Origin: an uncultured Bacteroidales bacterium | GTDB lineage: Bacteria > Bacteroidota > Bacteroidia > Bacteroidales > WCHB1-69 | Direction of reading: 5' to 3' | Assembly: GCA_905233625.1 (NCBI GenBank) | Contig: CAJOFJ010000004.1 | Span: forward strand, 76,427 to 140,426 | DNA: 64,000 bases | Part shown: one piece after another, positions 38,137 through 47,220 of the stretch | How positions within the stretch are numbered: position 1 is the stretch's first letter | Layout: every line of letters starts with the position of its first letter | Made by a program: the position numbers and the translations under genes | The notes under the pieces: generated by a model | The model's input: only the letters and a program-made list of their open reading frames with translations | Told to the model about the DNA's origin: nothing | The model's database searches: none

Positions 38137-40464
38137 ATGAAAAGAATATTCACCAGCATTTTTATTATATGTTGCATAGTAGAAATTTATGCCCAGCCCA
38201 TTACCACTATCGGGGTAAATGGCATGACGCCTGATGCCTTCATCAATACCACCTTTGCCGGAGAGGGAGTGGAGCTGCACAACTGCAAATTCAACTGGAG
38301 TTCAGGAACCATCAACGGCTCCCAGATAGGTAAATTCACCAATACCAATCCTAATTTCCCCTTTTCATCGGGCATACTGCTAACTACGGGAAATATCAGT
38401 GTGGCTGAAGGACCTAATAACGCTGACGGTGAAAGCGATGCCACAGGGGTCAATCATGCAAACATTGACAACGACTTACAAGCAACCATACCCAACTATA
38501 CTCTCAGCAATGCTTCTGTCATTGAATTCAATTTTTACAGTGGCAGAAATGAAAACAGTAATACAGTATCTTTCAACTACATCTTCGGTTCGGAAGAATA
38601 TCCTGAATATGTATGTTCAGACTACAATGACGTTTTCGCATTCTTTTTGACAGGACCGAACCCTTATACCTGCCAAGGGGCAAATGAAACCCGAAATATA
38701 GCAATTATTCCGGGCAGTGGAAATCTTCCCGTAGCCATTAATACTCTTAATTCCGGATCTCCCGGCAGTGGTTACAGTGCCTCTGACTGTACTTCACTCG
38801 GCTTTAGCCAGTATTATTATAACAACAATTCCAACGCCGTACAATATGATGCATACACCGCTTACTATAACACCACGGCCGGCAGATATGTCGGCCTGAC
38901 TGCCGAATCACAGTTATGTCCTTGCAGCGAATATAAAATGAAAATTTCAATTTCCAATGTCGGTGACAATGCCTTTGATTCTGGTGTATTTTTGGAACAA
39001 GGTAGTTTTAAAGTACCTAAACTACTTACCGTTGTTGAAAATGTCACCAATCAAATGGATTCCATAGTCAAAGGATGTAGTCAAGCTGATATACAAATAC
39101 ACTATGGTGAACCTATGGAGCCTTCCATGAGAATTCAGATAAACACCATTGGAGGCACCGCAAACCAAGAGGATTTCAATTTCATACATATCCATCCTGA
39201 CTCCACAACTGACACATTGCATAACGGCGATTTTGTTATATTTCCTGAAGGAGACACTGTGGTAAACTTCAAATTAGAGGTTTCTGAATCCGCTCATTTT
39301 CCAGGTCAGACAAAAACTGTCCAAATTGTTTTCAAAAGTATTATTTGCTCCGCATTCAAATACCTGAATGGCACTATAGAAGAAAGAGCCCAATACGATA
39401 CTGTCAAATATATACTGATTGATAACGACCGTTTCACTTTAACCGACGACAGCGTGTTTTACTGTAATCAATGTAACCATGTAGCCATTCAGATGGAGGG
39501 TGGTACGGAACCCCTCATATACAATTGGACTCCTGCAACAGGTTTGGCCACACCTCACGCAAGAGAGAGCAACTGCAATATTACCGAGAACACCACCTTC
39601 CAGGTAATAGTAAGCGACCGCTGGGGCTGTCTGGTGGACACTTGCTACCATACCGCTCTTGTCACCAGCACTCCCGTGTTAGAAGGACATTACCATATCT
39701 CACCTAACGTGATTTGTGTACCGGAAGATGTGCAATTCAAATCTACCGCCACACCCGCTTCCATCCACCGTTGGATTATTTACTCCAATGATATGAGAGA
39801 TACCATTTACGGCAATAACCAGACCTACTCTTTTACCGAACCTGGTCATTATTCCATTGAATATAAGGCATACGAAGCAGAGGAGTGTGCAGCGGAAGTG
39901 TCCCTGATTAATTACATTAACGCAGGCATACAGCCCACAGCGTCTTTTTTCTTTGACCCGGCCGAAGCGGAAGTGGGACAAATGGTGATGTTCACCAATG
40001 AATCTACTGGCATGAACGTCCACTATAACTGGAGTTTTGGTGACGGCACTAACAGTACGGAAGAAAATCCCACTCATGTATACAACTCGGAAAACAGTGA
40101 AAACTACAATGTCATCCTCACCGTAGCCGATGATGCAGGATGTCAGGACATGTTCTCCCTGCCAGTCCCCGTGGTGGATAATCACGTACTGTATGTCCCC
40201 AATACCTTTACCCCCAACAAGGATGGTATCAATGACATATTTCTGCCCGTGATAGCTTCAGTGGCAAAGTATTACATTGTTATTTATGACCGCAATGGCA
40301 GTATTGTCTTCCAGACCGACAACCCCGAAATAGGATGGACCGGCACATTCCCCAACGGTCAACTTTGTCCATCAGGGGTATATACCTACTATATAAATTA
40401 CGTCCGTTACAATAATCTGAAACAAGAACTCATCAAAACGGGAAATATCAACCTCTTCCGATAA
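38137..40464 (+). CDS. T9SS type-B cargo: choice-of-anchor-L domain + PKD domain + gliding-motility C-terminal domain
   Basis: The N-terminal domain has FNYIFGSEEYPEYVCSDYNDVFAFFL. The PKD block is WSFGDGTNSTEENPTHVY. The C-terminus is YVPNTFTPNKDGINDIF...IYDRNGSIVF...GWTG...GVYTYYI. Confidence 0.8.
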   Translation: MKRIFTSIFIICCIVEIYAQPITTIGVNGMTPDAFINTTFAGEGVELHNCKFNWSSGTINGSQIGKFTNTNPNFPFSSGILLTTGNISVAEGPNNADGESDATGVNHANIDNDLQATIPNYTLSNASVIEFNFYSGRNENSNTVSFNYIFGSEEYPEYVCSDYNDVFAFFLTGPNPYTCQGANETRNIAIIPGSGNLPVAINTLNSGSPGSGYSASDCTSLGFSQYYYNNNSNAVQYDAYTAYYNTTAGRYVGLTAESQLCPCSEYKMKISISNVGDNAFDSGVFLEQGSFKVPKLLTVVENVTNQMDSIVKGCSQADIQIHYGEPMEPSMRIQINTIGGTANQEDFNFIHIHPDSTTDTLHNGDFVIFPEGDTVVNFKLEVSESAHFPGQTKTVQIVFKSIICSAFKYLNGTIEERAQYDTVKYILIDNDRFTLTDDSVFYCNQCNHVAIQMEGGTEPLIYNWTPATGLATPHARESNCNITENTTFQVIVSDRWGCLVDTCYHTALVTSTPVLEGHYHISPNVICVPEDVQFKSTATPASIHRWIIYSNDMRDTIYGNNQTYSFTEPGHYSIEYKAYEAEECAAEVSLINYINAGIQPTASFFFDPAEAEVGQMVMFTNESTGMNVHYNWSFGDGTNSTEENPTHVYNSENSENYNVILTVADDAGCQDMFSLPVPVVDNHVLYVPNTFTPNKDGINDIFLPVIASVAKYYIVIYDRNGSIVFQTDNPEIGWTGTFPNGQLCPSGVYTYYINYVRYNNLKQELIKTGNINLFR

Positions 40465-41706
40465 ATGCCGCTTCAATTTCAAAGACATATCCTCTCCAAC
40501 GGCCTGCGTCTTATTGTCCACGAAGACCACAGCACGCCATTGGCTTCTTGTAACGTGGTTTATAAGGTTGGCTCACGGGACGAGAATCCCGACATGACCG
40601 GTATGGCGCATTTATTTGAACATTTCATGTTCACTGGCTCCAAAAATATTGCCGATTTCGACGCCCAATTACAGCGTGTCGGAGCAATCAACAACGCCTA
40701 TACCACACAAGACATCACGCATTATTATATCACCCTGCCTGCTGTTAACATTGAACATGCCCTATGGTTAGAGTCTGACCGCATGATGGAACTCGCTTTC
40801 CAGCAGGAAAAATTGGATATTCAGAAACATGTGGTTATCGAGGAATTCAAGGAGAATTTCCTGAACCGTCCTTACGGGGATATGTGGATGTTGTACAACC
40901 AGTTCTATTTTCAAAAACATCCCTATCAATGGTTGCCTATCGGCAAGGAAATCAGCCATATAGAAAAGGTGATGATGGACGATATGAAGGCATTTTTCTA
41001 TATCTATTACCGTCCCAATAATGCGGTGCTGACCATTTCGGGGAATGTGAGATTTGAAGAGATTGTGCCCTTGGTGGAAAAATGGTTTGGACCGATTCCC
41101 GCCGGTCCAGCATTGAAACGGCAATATCCGCAAGAAAACCGCCCAACCCAGCACCGAATGTATGAAGTGGAACGGAATGTGCCTGCCGACATGCTTTTCA
41201 AAGGCTGGCCCACCTGTGGCAGATTAGACGCGGATTTCTACGCCTACGATATGTTATCCGATTTGTTCGGCAGCGGACAATCCTCGTATTTGTATAAGAA
41301 ATTTGTGATGGAAGACGCCGTTTTCACAGACATAAGCGCCTATATCACAGGAACATTAGACCCCGGAGTCTTCATTATCGGTGGACGTCCCGCAGAGGGT
41401 GTCAGCATTGAAGAGGCCGACCGGAAACTGAACGATTTTATCTATCAGCTTCCCGAAAACAGCATCAGTTCGAACGATTTGCAGAAAGTGAAGAACCGAG
41501 TGGAATCCATCATCTTGCAAAATGACATCAAAATCGAAGACCGTTCTTCTTCGTTGGCGGTAGCAGAAAGTTTCAGCTGCGCCGAAGACTTCAACGACGA
41601 GACCAATCGCTATTTTGCTGTGACCGAAGAGCAGATTAATACACTGTGTCACAAGATGTTCCGTCAGGAGCAGGAAGCCACGATGTACTATAAATGTGCA
41701 AATTAG
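40465..41706 (+). CDS. M16-family (pitrilysin-like) zinc peptidase
   Basis: Inverted zinc motif HLFEH (HxxEH) near the N-terminus; 413 aa. The ATG directly abuts the upstream stop (TAAATG). Confidence 0.85.
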   Translation: MPLQFQRHILSNGLRLIVHEDHSTPLASCNVVYKVGSRDENPDMTGMAHLFEHFMFTGSKNIADFDAQLQRVGAINNAYTTQDITHYYITLPAVNIEHALWLESDRMMELAFQQEKLDIQKHVVIEEFKENFLNRPYGDMWMLYNQFYFQKHPYQWLPIGKEISHIEKVMMDDMKAFFYIYYRPNNAVLTISGNVRFEEIVPLVEKWFGPIPAGPALKRQYPQENRPTQHRMYEVERNVPADMLFKGWPTCGRLDADFYAYDMLSDLFGSGQSSYLYKKFVMEDAVFTDISAYITGTLDPGVFIIGGRPAEGVSIEEADRKLNDFIYQLPENSISSNDLQKVKNRVESIILQNDIKIEDRSSSLAVAESFSCAEDFNDETNRYFAVTEEQINTLCHKMFRQEQEATMYYKCAN

Positions 41707-41757
41707 TTAATGTGCTAATTATAATAATGAGCAATGAAAGAAGGATTATGAAATCAT

Positions 41758-41849
41758 TTAATTCAAAATTCAAAGTTCATAATATATTATCTGTAATGCT
41801 TAAATTCTGAATTTTGAATTCTGAACTTTGAATTCTTAATTCTTCATTC
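41758..41849. repeat. Heptad-repeat array (AATTCAA / TTCTGAA type) with alternative 13-bp perfect hairpins
   Basis: 41760-41772 pairs with 41808-41820, or 41767-41779 pairs with 41822-41834. It fills the convergent M16/murG spacer. Confidence 0.7.
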
Positions 41850-42950
41850 CTAAACAGAAAGTATCTCACTGATTATCAAGTCTATCGCATCGGGTTGGGC
41901 TAATTTTTTGATATTTTCGCCCATGGTGTGGCATCTGTTTTCATCCTGAATCAGATTGATAAGTTGATCCATCAATTGGGTTTCCGCCTGATTGTCGGGA
42001 ATCATAATGGCAGCATCCTTGTCCACCAAGGCTTGGGCATTCTTGGTCTGATGATCTTCAGCGGCGAAGGGGAATGGCACCAAAATGGTCGGAACACCTA
42101 CCACACACAGCTCGGCAATGGCCAACGCACCGGCACGCGATACAATAACATCTGCCATACTGTAGGCATCATTCATGTTTTTGATAAATGGCACAATCTT
42201 GATATTCTCATTCTGCCGTGCCAGCAATTCAGGAGAAATAGTCTTGTAATACGACTCGCCTGTCTGCCAAAGCAGCTGCACATTCAACTCTTTCAATCTG
42301 TCGAGACCCTTTTCCATGCACTGGTTGATGGTGCGAGCACCTAGACTGCCACCCACGACCAGAATAGTCTTCTTTTCCTTGGAGAAACCGAAGAATTCGT
42401 AAGCTTTGTCGTCCTTACGCACCATATTCAGAATTTCCGCACGGATAGGATTTCCGGTTTTCACAATCTTTTCTGCAGGAAAATATTTTTCCAAGCCGTC
42501 ATAAGCCACACAAATTTTTTTCGCCTTGGCAGAAAGAATTTTGTTGGTAACGCCTGGATATGAGTTTTGCTCCTGCAATAAGGTTGGAATACCCAGACTG
42601 CTGGCGGCTTTCAAGGCAGGACCACTGGCAAAGCCCCCTACCCCAATCGCCATATCGGGATTGAAATCCCTGATAATCTGCTTGGCGCGACGCATGGTCT
42701 TCATCAATAAAAACGGCAATTTCACATTGCTGACCAAAGCTTTCATGGAAAAGCTACGGTTGATACCATAAACATCCAATCCTTCAATCGGATAGCCCGC
42801 CTCGGGCACCCTTTTCATCTCCATTTTACCATTCGCCCCGATAAACAGGATTTCGGCATCGGGGATAGCCTTTTTCAAACCGTTGGCAATGGCGAGAGCC
42901 GGGAAAATGTGACCACCGGTGCCGCCGCCAGAAATGATAAACCGTTTCAT
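41850..42950 (-). CDS. murG: UDP-GlcNAc:lipid I N-acetylglucosaminyltransferase MurG
   Basis: Motifs GGGTGGHIFPALA, GGFASGP, EQN and VGGSLGA, plus a C-terminal SRAGA..AE block. It aligns by eye along the whole length to E. coli MurG. Confidence 0.85.
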   Translation of the reverse strand: MKRFIISGGGTGGHIFPALAIANGLKKAIPDAEILFIGANGKMEMKRVPEAGYPIEGLDVYGINRSFSMKALVSNVKLPFLLMKTMRRAKQIIRDFNPDMAIGVGGFASGPALKAASSLGIPTLLQEQNSYPGVTNKILSAKAKKICVAYDGLEKYFPAEKIVKTGNPIRAEILNMVRKDDKAYEFFGFSKEKKTILVVGGSLGARTINQCMEKGLDRLKELNVQLLWQTGESYYKTISPELLARQNENIKIVPFIKNMNDAYSMADVIVSRAGALAIAELCVVGVPTILVPFPFAAEDHQTKNAQALVDKDAAIMIPDNQAETQLMDQLINLIQDENRCHTMGENIKKLAQPDAIDLIISEILSV

Positions 42951-42970
42951 ATCAATGTCATTTTATGGCA

Positions 42971-42992
42971 GAGGCGTTGCATGCAACGCCTC
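42971..42992. promoter_or_regulatory. Perfect 22-bp palindrome GAGGCGTTGCATGCAACGCCTC
   Basis: Read directly. It lies 31 nt after the guaA stop and 20 nt before the murG start. No U-tract follows on the minus strand. Confidence 0.5.
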
Positions 42993-43023
42993 CAAATTAT
43001 TTCATCTATTTTATCGCATCAAA

Positions 43024-44628
43024 TTATTCCCACTCGATCGTTGCAGGTGGTTTGGAGCTGATGTCATAGCATACTCTGTTCACACCCTTCACCTTGTTGA
43101 TAATTTCGTTGGACACTTTCGCCATGAACTCGTAGGGTAAGTGTGCCCAATCGGCGGTCATGGCATCGGTGCTGGTCACGGCGCGAAGAGCCACAGCGCG
43201 CTCATAAGTACGTTCATCACCCATCACACCTACGCTCTTGATCGGCAACAGAATCACACCGGCCTGCCAAATCTGGTCGTACAAAGAGACCTCTATCTCG
43301 CCATTGCTCATATTGGCGGGAACTCCGGCAGCCAGCACCTTACGGGCTTCCTCGCCACTCAGTTTCACTTTCCAATTGCGCAGTCCCTGGATGAAAATAT
43401 CATCGGCATCCTGCAACACTCTTACTTTTTCGGGAGTGATATCGCCTAAAATACGCACAGCCAAACCCGGTCCCGGGAACGGATGGCGAGTAATCAGATG
43501 CTCAGGCATACCCAACTGGCGGCCTACACGGCGCACCTCATCCTTGAACAACCATTTCAGCGGCTCGCACAATTTCAGGTGCATCTTTTCGGGCAGTCCG
43601 CCCACATTATGATGGCTCTTAATCACCATACCCGTGATACTCAAACTTTCGATTCGGTCAGGATAAATGGTGCCTTGTGCCAACCATTTGGCATCTGTGA
43701 TTTTCTGGGCTTCCGCATTGAACACATCGATGAAGCCAGCACCGATGATTTTGCGCTTGCGTTCGGGATCGGACACACCCTCCAGCTCCTTGAAAAACTT
43801 AGCAGAGGCATCGACTCCTATCACATTCAAGCCCAGTCCTTCATAATCACGCATCACATCGTGGAACTCGTTTTTACGGAGCAGACCATGGTCCACAAAA
43901 ATACAAGTCAGGTTTTTGCCAATGGCACGGCTCAGCAACACCGCGCAAACGGAGGAATCCACGCCACCGCTCAGACCGAGAATCACACGGTCGTTGCCAA
44001 TCTGCGCTTTCAACTCCGCCACCGTGGTGTCCACAAAAGAAGCCGGACTCCAGGTCTGGTGACCGCCACAAATATCCACCACGAAATTTTTCAACAACTG
44101 GGTGCCTTGCACACTATGGAACACTTCGGGATGGAACTGCACACCCCAGACATTCTCATTGTCAAACTGGTAAGCGGCAAATTCCACCTTATCGGTAGAA
44201 GCGATTTTATGGCAATTTGCCGGCAGTTGAGTGATAGTGTCGCCATGGCTCATCCACACTTGGGAATTGGCGTGGAAACCTTTGAACAGTAGATTTTCCT
44301 GGTCGAAAGAAGCCAGATTAGCGCGGCCATATTCACGACTGCCGGCAGGTTCCACCTTCCCTCCATTGGTATGTGCCATATACTGGGCACCGTAACAGAT
44401 ACCCAAAATCGGATATTTCCCGCGAATTTCTGACAAATCGAGTTTGAACGCCTTCTCGTCGTACACGCTGAAAGGCGAACCGCTCAAGATGACTCCGATT
44501 ACGTCGGGATCGTCTTTGGGAAACTTATTATACGGCACAATCTCGCAGAACATGTCCAATTCGCGGACTCTTCTGCCAATCAATTGTGTGGTTTGTGAAC
44601 CAAAGTCGAGGATGATGATTTTTTCCAT
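43024..44628 (-). CDS. guaA: GMP synthase (glutamine-hydrolysing)
   Basis: GATase1 domain (GICYGAQ), ATP-PPase P-loop SGGVDSSV, and C-terminal KPPATIEWE. Confidence 0.95.
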   Translation of the reverse strand: MEKIIILDFGSQTTQLIGRRVRELDMFCEIVPYNKFPKDDPDVIGVILSGSPFSVYDEKAFKLDLSEIRGKYPILGICYGAQYMAHTNGGKVEPAGSREYGRANLASFDQENLLFKGFHANSQVWMSHGDTITQLPANCHKIASTDKVEFAAYQFDNENVWGVQFHPEVFHSVQGTQLLKNFVVDICGGHQTWSPASFVDTTVAELKAQIGNDRVILGLSGGVDSSVCAVLLSRAIGKNLTCIFVDHGLLRKNEFHDVMRDYEGLGLNVIGVDASAKFFKELEGVSDPERKRKIIGAGFIDVFNAEAQKITDAKWLAQGTIYPDRIESLSITGMVIKSHHNVGGLPEKMHLKLCEPLKWLFKDEVRRVGRQLGMPEHLITRHPFPGPGLAVRILGDITPEKVRVLQDADDIFIQGLRNWKVKLSGEEARKVLAAGVPANMSNGEIEVSLYDQIWQAGVILLPIKSVGVMGDERTYERAVALRAVTSTDAMTADWAHLPYEFMAKVSNEIINKVKGVNRVCYDISSKPPATIEWE

Positions 44629-44637
44629 AATAAAATT

Positions 44638-45540
44638 TTATTTCGCCAAAGCGGCCACTGCGATAGAGTAAAGCTTGGTCTTGGTGGAGTCGCCACGAGA
44701 AGAGAGCACACAAGGAACCTTGGCACCCATCACAAAAGCAGCGATCTCGGAGTGGTCAAATTTGGTGCAGCACTTATAAAATACGTTGGCACTCTCGATG
44801 TTCGGGAAGAGCAAGCAGTCAGCATCACCAGCCACCTCACCCGTCATCTTCTTGATCTGGGCAGCTTCCTTGTCGATAGCCAAATCCAATGACAACGGAC
44901 CATCGATGACAGCACCTGAAATCTGACCTCTTTCAGCCATCTTGGCGATTAATGCTGCGTCAACGCAAGCCTGCATTCCCACAGACATCTGCTCGGTAGC
45001 AGCCAGAATAGCCACTTTCGGTTTAGCAATTTCCAAAGATTTTGCCGTGCTGATCAATGAGGACAAAATTTTCTGTTTCTGTTTGAAGTCAGGAGCGGGA
45101 ATAATGGCGCAATCGCTCACGCACAGCAACTTATGATACTGCGGATTTTCAATGACAGCCATGTGCAGCAAGGTAGCATTGGCAGGGCAAAGGCCACGTT
45201 CTTTGTTGAGGATAGCGCGCATGTATTTATCGGTAGGCAGCAAACCCTTCATCAGGATGTCGCCTTCGCCAGCGTTGATCAAATCGCAACTCTTGGCAGC
45301 AGCCTTGGTATCCACACTTTCATGAACGATTTTGAACATGTTCACATCAATATTCAACTTAGCGCATACCTGCTTGATAGTGTCGATATCACCAACCAAA
45401 GTGGCATCCACAATGCCCAGTTCTACCGCATGATGAACAGCGTCAATTGTGTGTTCGTCATTGGCGTATGCTGCAACTAATCTTTTTTTTGGTTTCGATT
45501 TTACCAATTCGATGACTTGGTCTAATTTTGTAATGTTCAT
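44638..45540 (-). CDS. Phosphate butyryl/acetyl-transferase (Ptb-type)
   Basis: 300 aa from ATG 45540. The PTA_PTB-family pattern is present (D.H.I.A...A...G, GD.D.LL.P). No kinase gene is adjacent. Confidence 0.75.
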   Translation of the reverse strand: MNITKLDQVIELVKSKPKKRLVAAYANDEHTIDAVHHAVELGIVDATLVGDIDTIKQVCAKLNIDVNMFKIVHESVDTKAAAKSCDLINAGEGDILMKGLLPTDKYMRAILNKERGLCPANATLLHMAVIENPQYHKLLCVSDCAIIPAPDFKQKQKILSSLISTAKSLEIAKPKVAILAATEQMSVGMQACVDAALIAKMAERGQISGAVIDGPLSLDLAIDKEAAQIKKMTGEVAGDADCLLFPNIESANVFYKCCTKFDHSEIAAFVMGAKVPCVLSSRGDSTKTKLYSIAVAALAK

Positions 45541-45576
45541 AGTATCAATATTTTTAAGGTTTTCCTTTTGAATGCG

Positions 45577-45584
45577 CAAAGTTA
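45577..45584 (-). promoter_or_regulatory. -7 promoter box (TAACTTTG on minus strand) for ptb
   Basis: TAnnTTTG match 37 nt upstream of ATG 45540. Confidence 0.45.
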
Positions 45585-45596
45585 CAATTTTTTTTG

Positions 45597-45604
45597 TATT
45601 TTTG
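45597..45604 (+). promoter_or_regulatory. -7 promoter box (TATTTTTG) for tRNA-Thr
   Basis: TAnnTTTG match 15 nt upstream of the tRNA 5' end. Confidence 0.5.
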
Positions 45605-45618
45605 CAGCGCAAAAACAA

Positions 45619-45691
<73 letters not shown>

Positions 45692-45693
45692 CA

Positions 45694-45719
45694 AAGGCGG
45701 TTTTTTACCGCCTTTTTTC
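45694..45719 (+). terminator. Rho-independent terminator after tRNA-Thr
   Basis: AAGGCGG-TTTTTTA-CCGCCTT followed by TTTT. It overlaps the 3' end of the convergent permease gene. Confidence 0.7.
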
Positions 45720-47073
45720 ATTGATATCTCACCCACTTCCAAATTTCTTTCCAACTCACTTTTTTGCCATACATCAGAATGCCTGTTCTGTATATTTTCG
45801 CGGCGAACCATACCACAAACACAAAGAACAGCAACATCAGCACCATTGACAGCAGCAGCTCCCACAAAGGCACACCGGAAGGCAAACGCGTAAGCATAGC
45901 CACTGGCGAGGTCAATGGGATAATAGACAGCCAGAAAGCAAGCTGACCGTTGGGATTGTCCGCAATGGGCATCACCATCACAATGGTCAGTAACAGCGGC
46001 ATCGTAATCGGCATGGTCAGCTGATTAGAATCCGTTTCGTTGTCCGCTGCCGAGCCTACAGCAGCAAACAGGGCAGAATAAACCAAATAACCCGTCAGGA
46101 AGTAAAAGAGGAAACACAGAATCATCTCCGTAAAAGAAATCGGGAAATAACTGCTGATTTCAGCAAAAATATTGCCCGTGTCAAACGTGTCTCCTGCCGC
46201 CATCTTGCTGGTATTGACAGTCTCTATCAATTGACTGTCCTTGACCGATTCCATAATCTGTTCTGTATCCACTCCACTCATTTCCATAAATTTGTCAGGC
46301 ATAGCGAACTGCACAGCCGTCAAAATCACAAGGGTAAACACTATCCATATCAGGAACTGCGTCAAGCCCACCAAAGCGATACCGACAATCTTGCCCAAGA
46401 GCAGCTCAATAGGTTTGACCGAAGAAATCAGCACCTCCACAATACGGTTGTTTTTTTCCTCCAACACGCCTCGCAGCACCTGACCTGCAAAGAGGAAAAT
46501 GAAAAAATAAATGACAAAACCACAGATCATGCCGATGGTTTTATTCAATTCCGCCATACTTTCCTTCTCAACGCCATTTTCATCAATCTGAATCATCGTG
46601 ATTTGTGAACGCGACAAATCCTTGATTGTATTATATTTATCCAAATCAATGTTGAAAGAATCCTGTAATACATAATCAAAAAACAGGCTATTAATCTGAC
46701 TTTCCAGTTCAGACCTCAGGTACATGGAGGGCTCTTCCGTATAATACAAGTTGGCGTTGACCTTTTGTGAGCTTCTCGGGAAATAAAGCACCACATCGTA
46801 GTCACCCGCCAAGGCTTCCTTTTTGATCTGCTCAATGTCACCGGAACGATACGAGAACGATGTTTTCGCATCATCGGTAAAATTATTGATATAGATGTCA
46901 TTGTCGTCCACCACCATCACATTCACATGTTCACGGCCTTTGGTGGCCAGCAATACCGGCACCACCATCAGGGCAGCAAAAAGGATGGGCACTACCAAGG
47001 TGAGAATGATGAAGGACTTTTTCTTTACGCGGGTCAGATATTCGCGCGATATGATTAGCAGGGTGTTATTCAT
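45718..47073 (-). CDS. ABC-2-type transporter permease (NatB-like)
   Basis: 451 aa. An N-terminal TM helix and a large extracytoplasmic loop are followed by 5 C-terminal TM helices. It lies downstream of the ABC ATPase. Confidence 0.75.
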   Translation of the reverse strand: MNNTLLIISREYLTRVKKKSFIILTLVVPILFAALMVVPVLLATKGREHVNVMVVDDNDIYINNFTDDAKTSFSYRSGDIEQIKKEALAGDYDVVLYFPRSSQKVNANLYYTEEPSMYLRSELESQINSLFFDYVLQDSFNIDLDKYNTIKDLSRSQITMIQIDENGVEKESMAELNKTIGMICGFVIYFFIFLFAGQVLRGVLEEKNNRIVEVLISSVKPIELLLGKIVGIALVGLTQFLIWIVFTLVILTAVQFAMPDKFMEMSGVDTEQIMESVKDSQLIETVNTSKMAAGDTFDTGNIFAEISSYFPISFTEMILCFLFYFLTGYLVYSALFAAVGSAADNETDSNQLTMPITMPLLLTIVMVMPIADNPNGQLAFWLSIIPLTSPVAMLTRLPSGVPLWELLLSMVLMLLFFVFVVWFAAKIYRTGILMYGKKVSWKEIWKWVRYQ

Positions 47074-47220
47074 TTGTTGATTTGTTTAATCGTTAAGTCG
47101 CTCACTTTGTTCGCTCGTCAAGACGCTCATTTCATTCGCTCGGGAAGTCGCTCGCTCGATAAGACGAATGTTCTTACCGCCTTACCGAATGCACGAAGTG
47201 CATGTCTTCACGTCTTAACG
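47074..47220. repeat. Modular intergenic repeat element (CGTTAAG termini, ATGCAC-TTC-GTGCAT core), copy A
   Basis: It fills the whole ATPase-permease spacer. Both termini and a 23-nt core match 62584-62707. Confidence 0.75.

Noticed and set aside
43483-44292. 269-aa plus-strand ORF inside guaA
   Set aside because: It is antisense to a full-length, motif-perfect GMP synthase. It is His/Gln-rich, with composition typical of a shadow frame.
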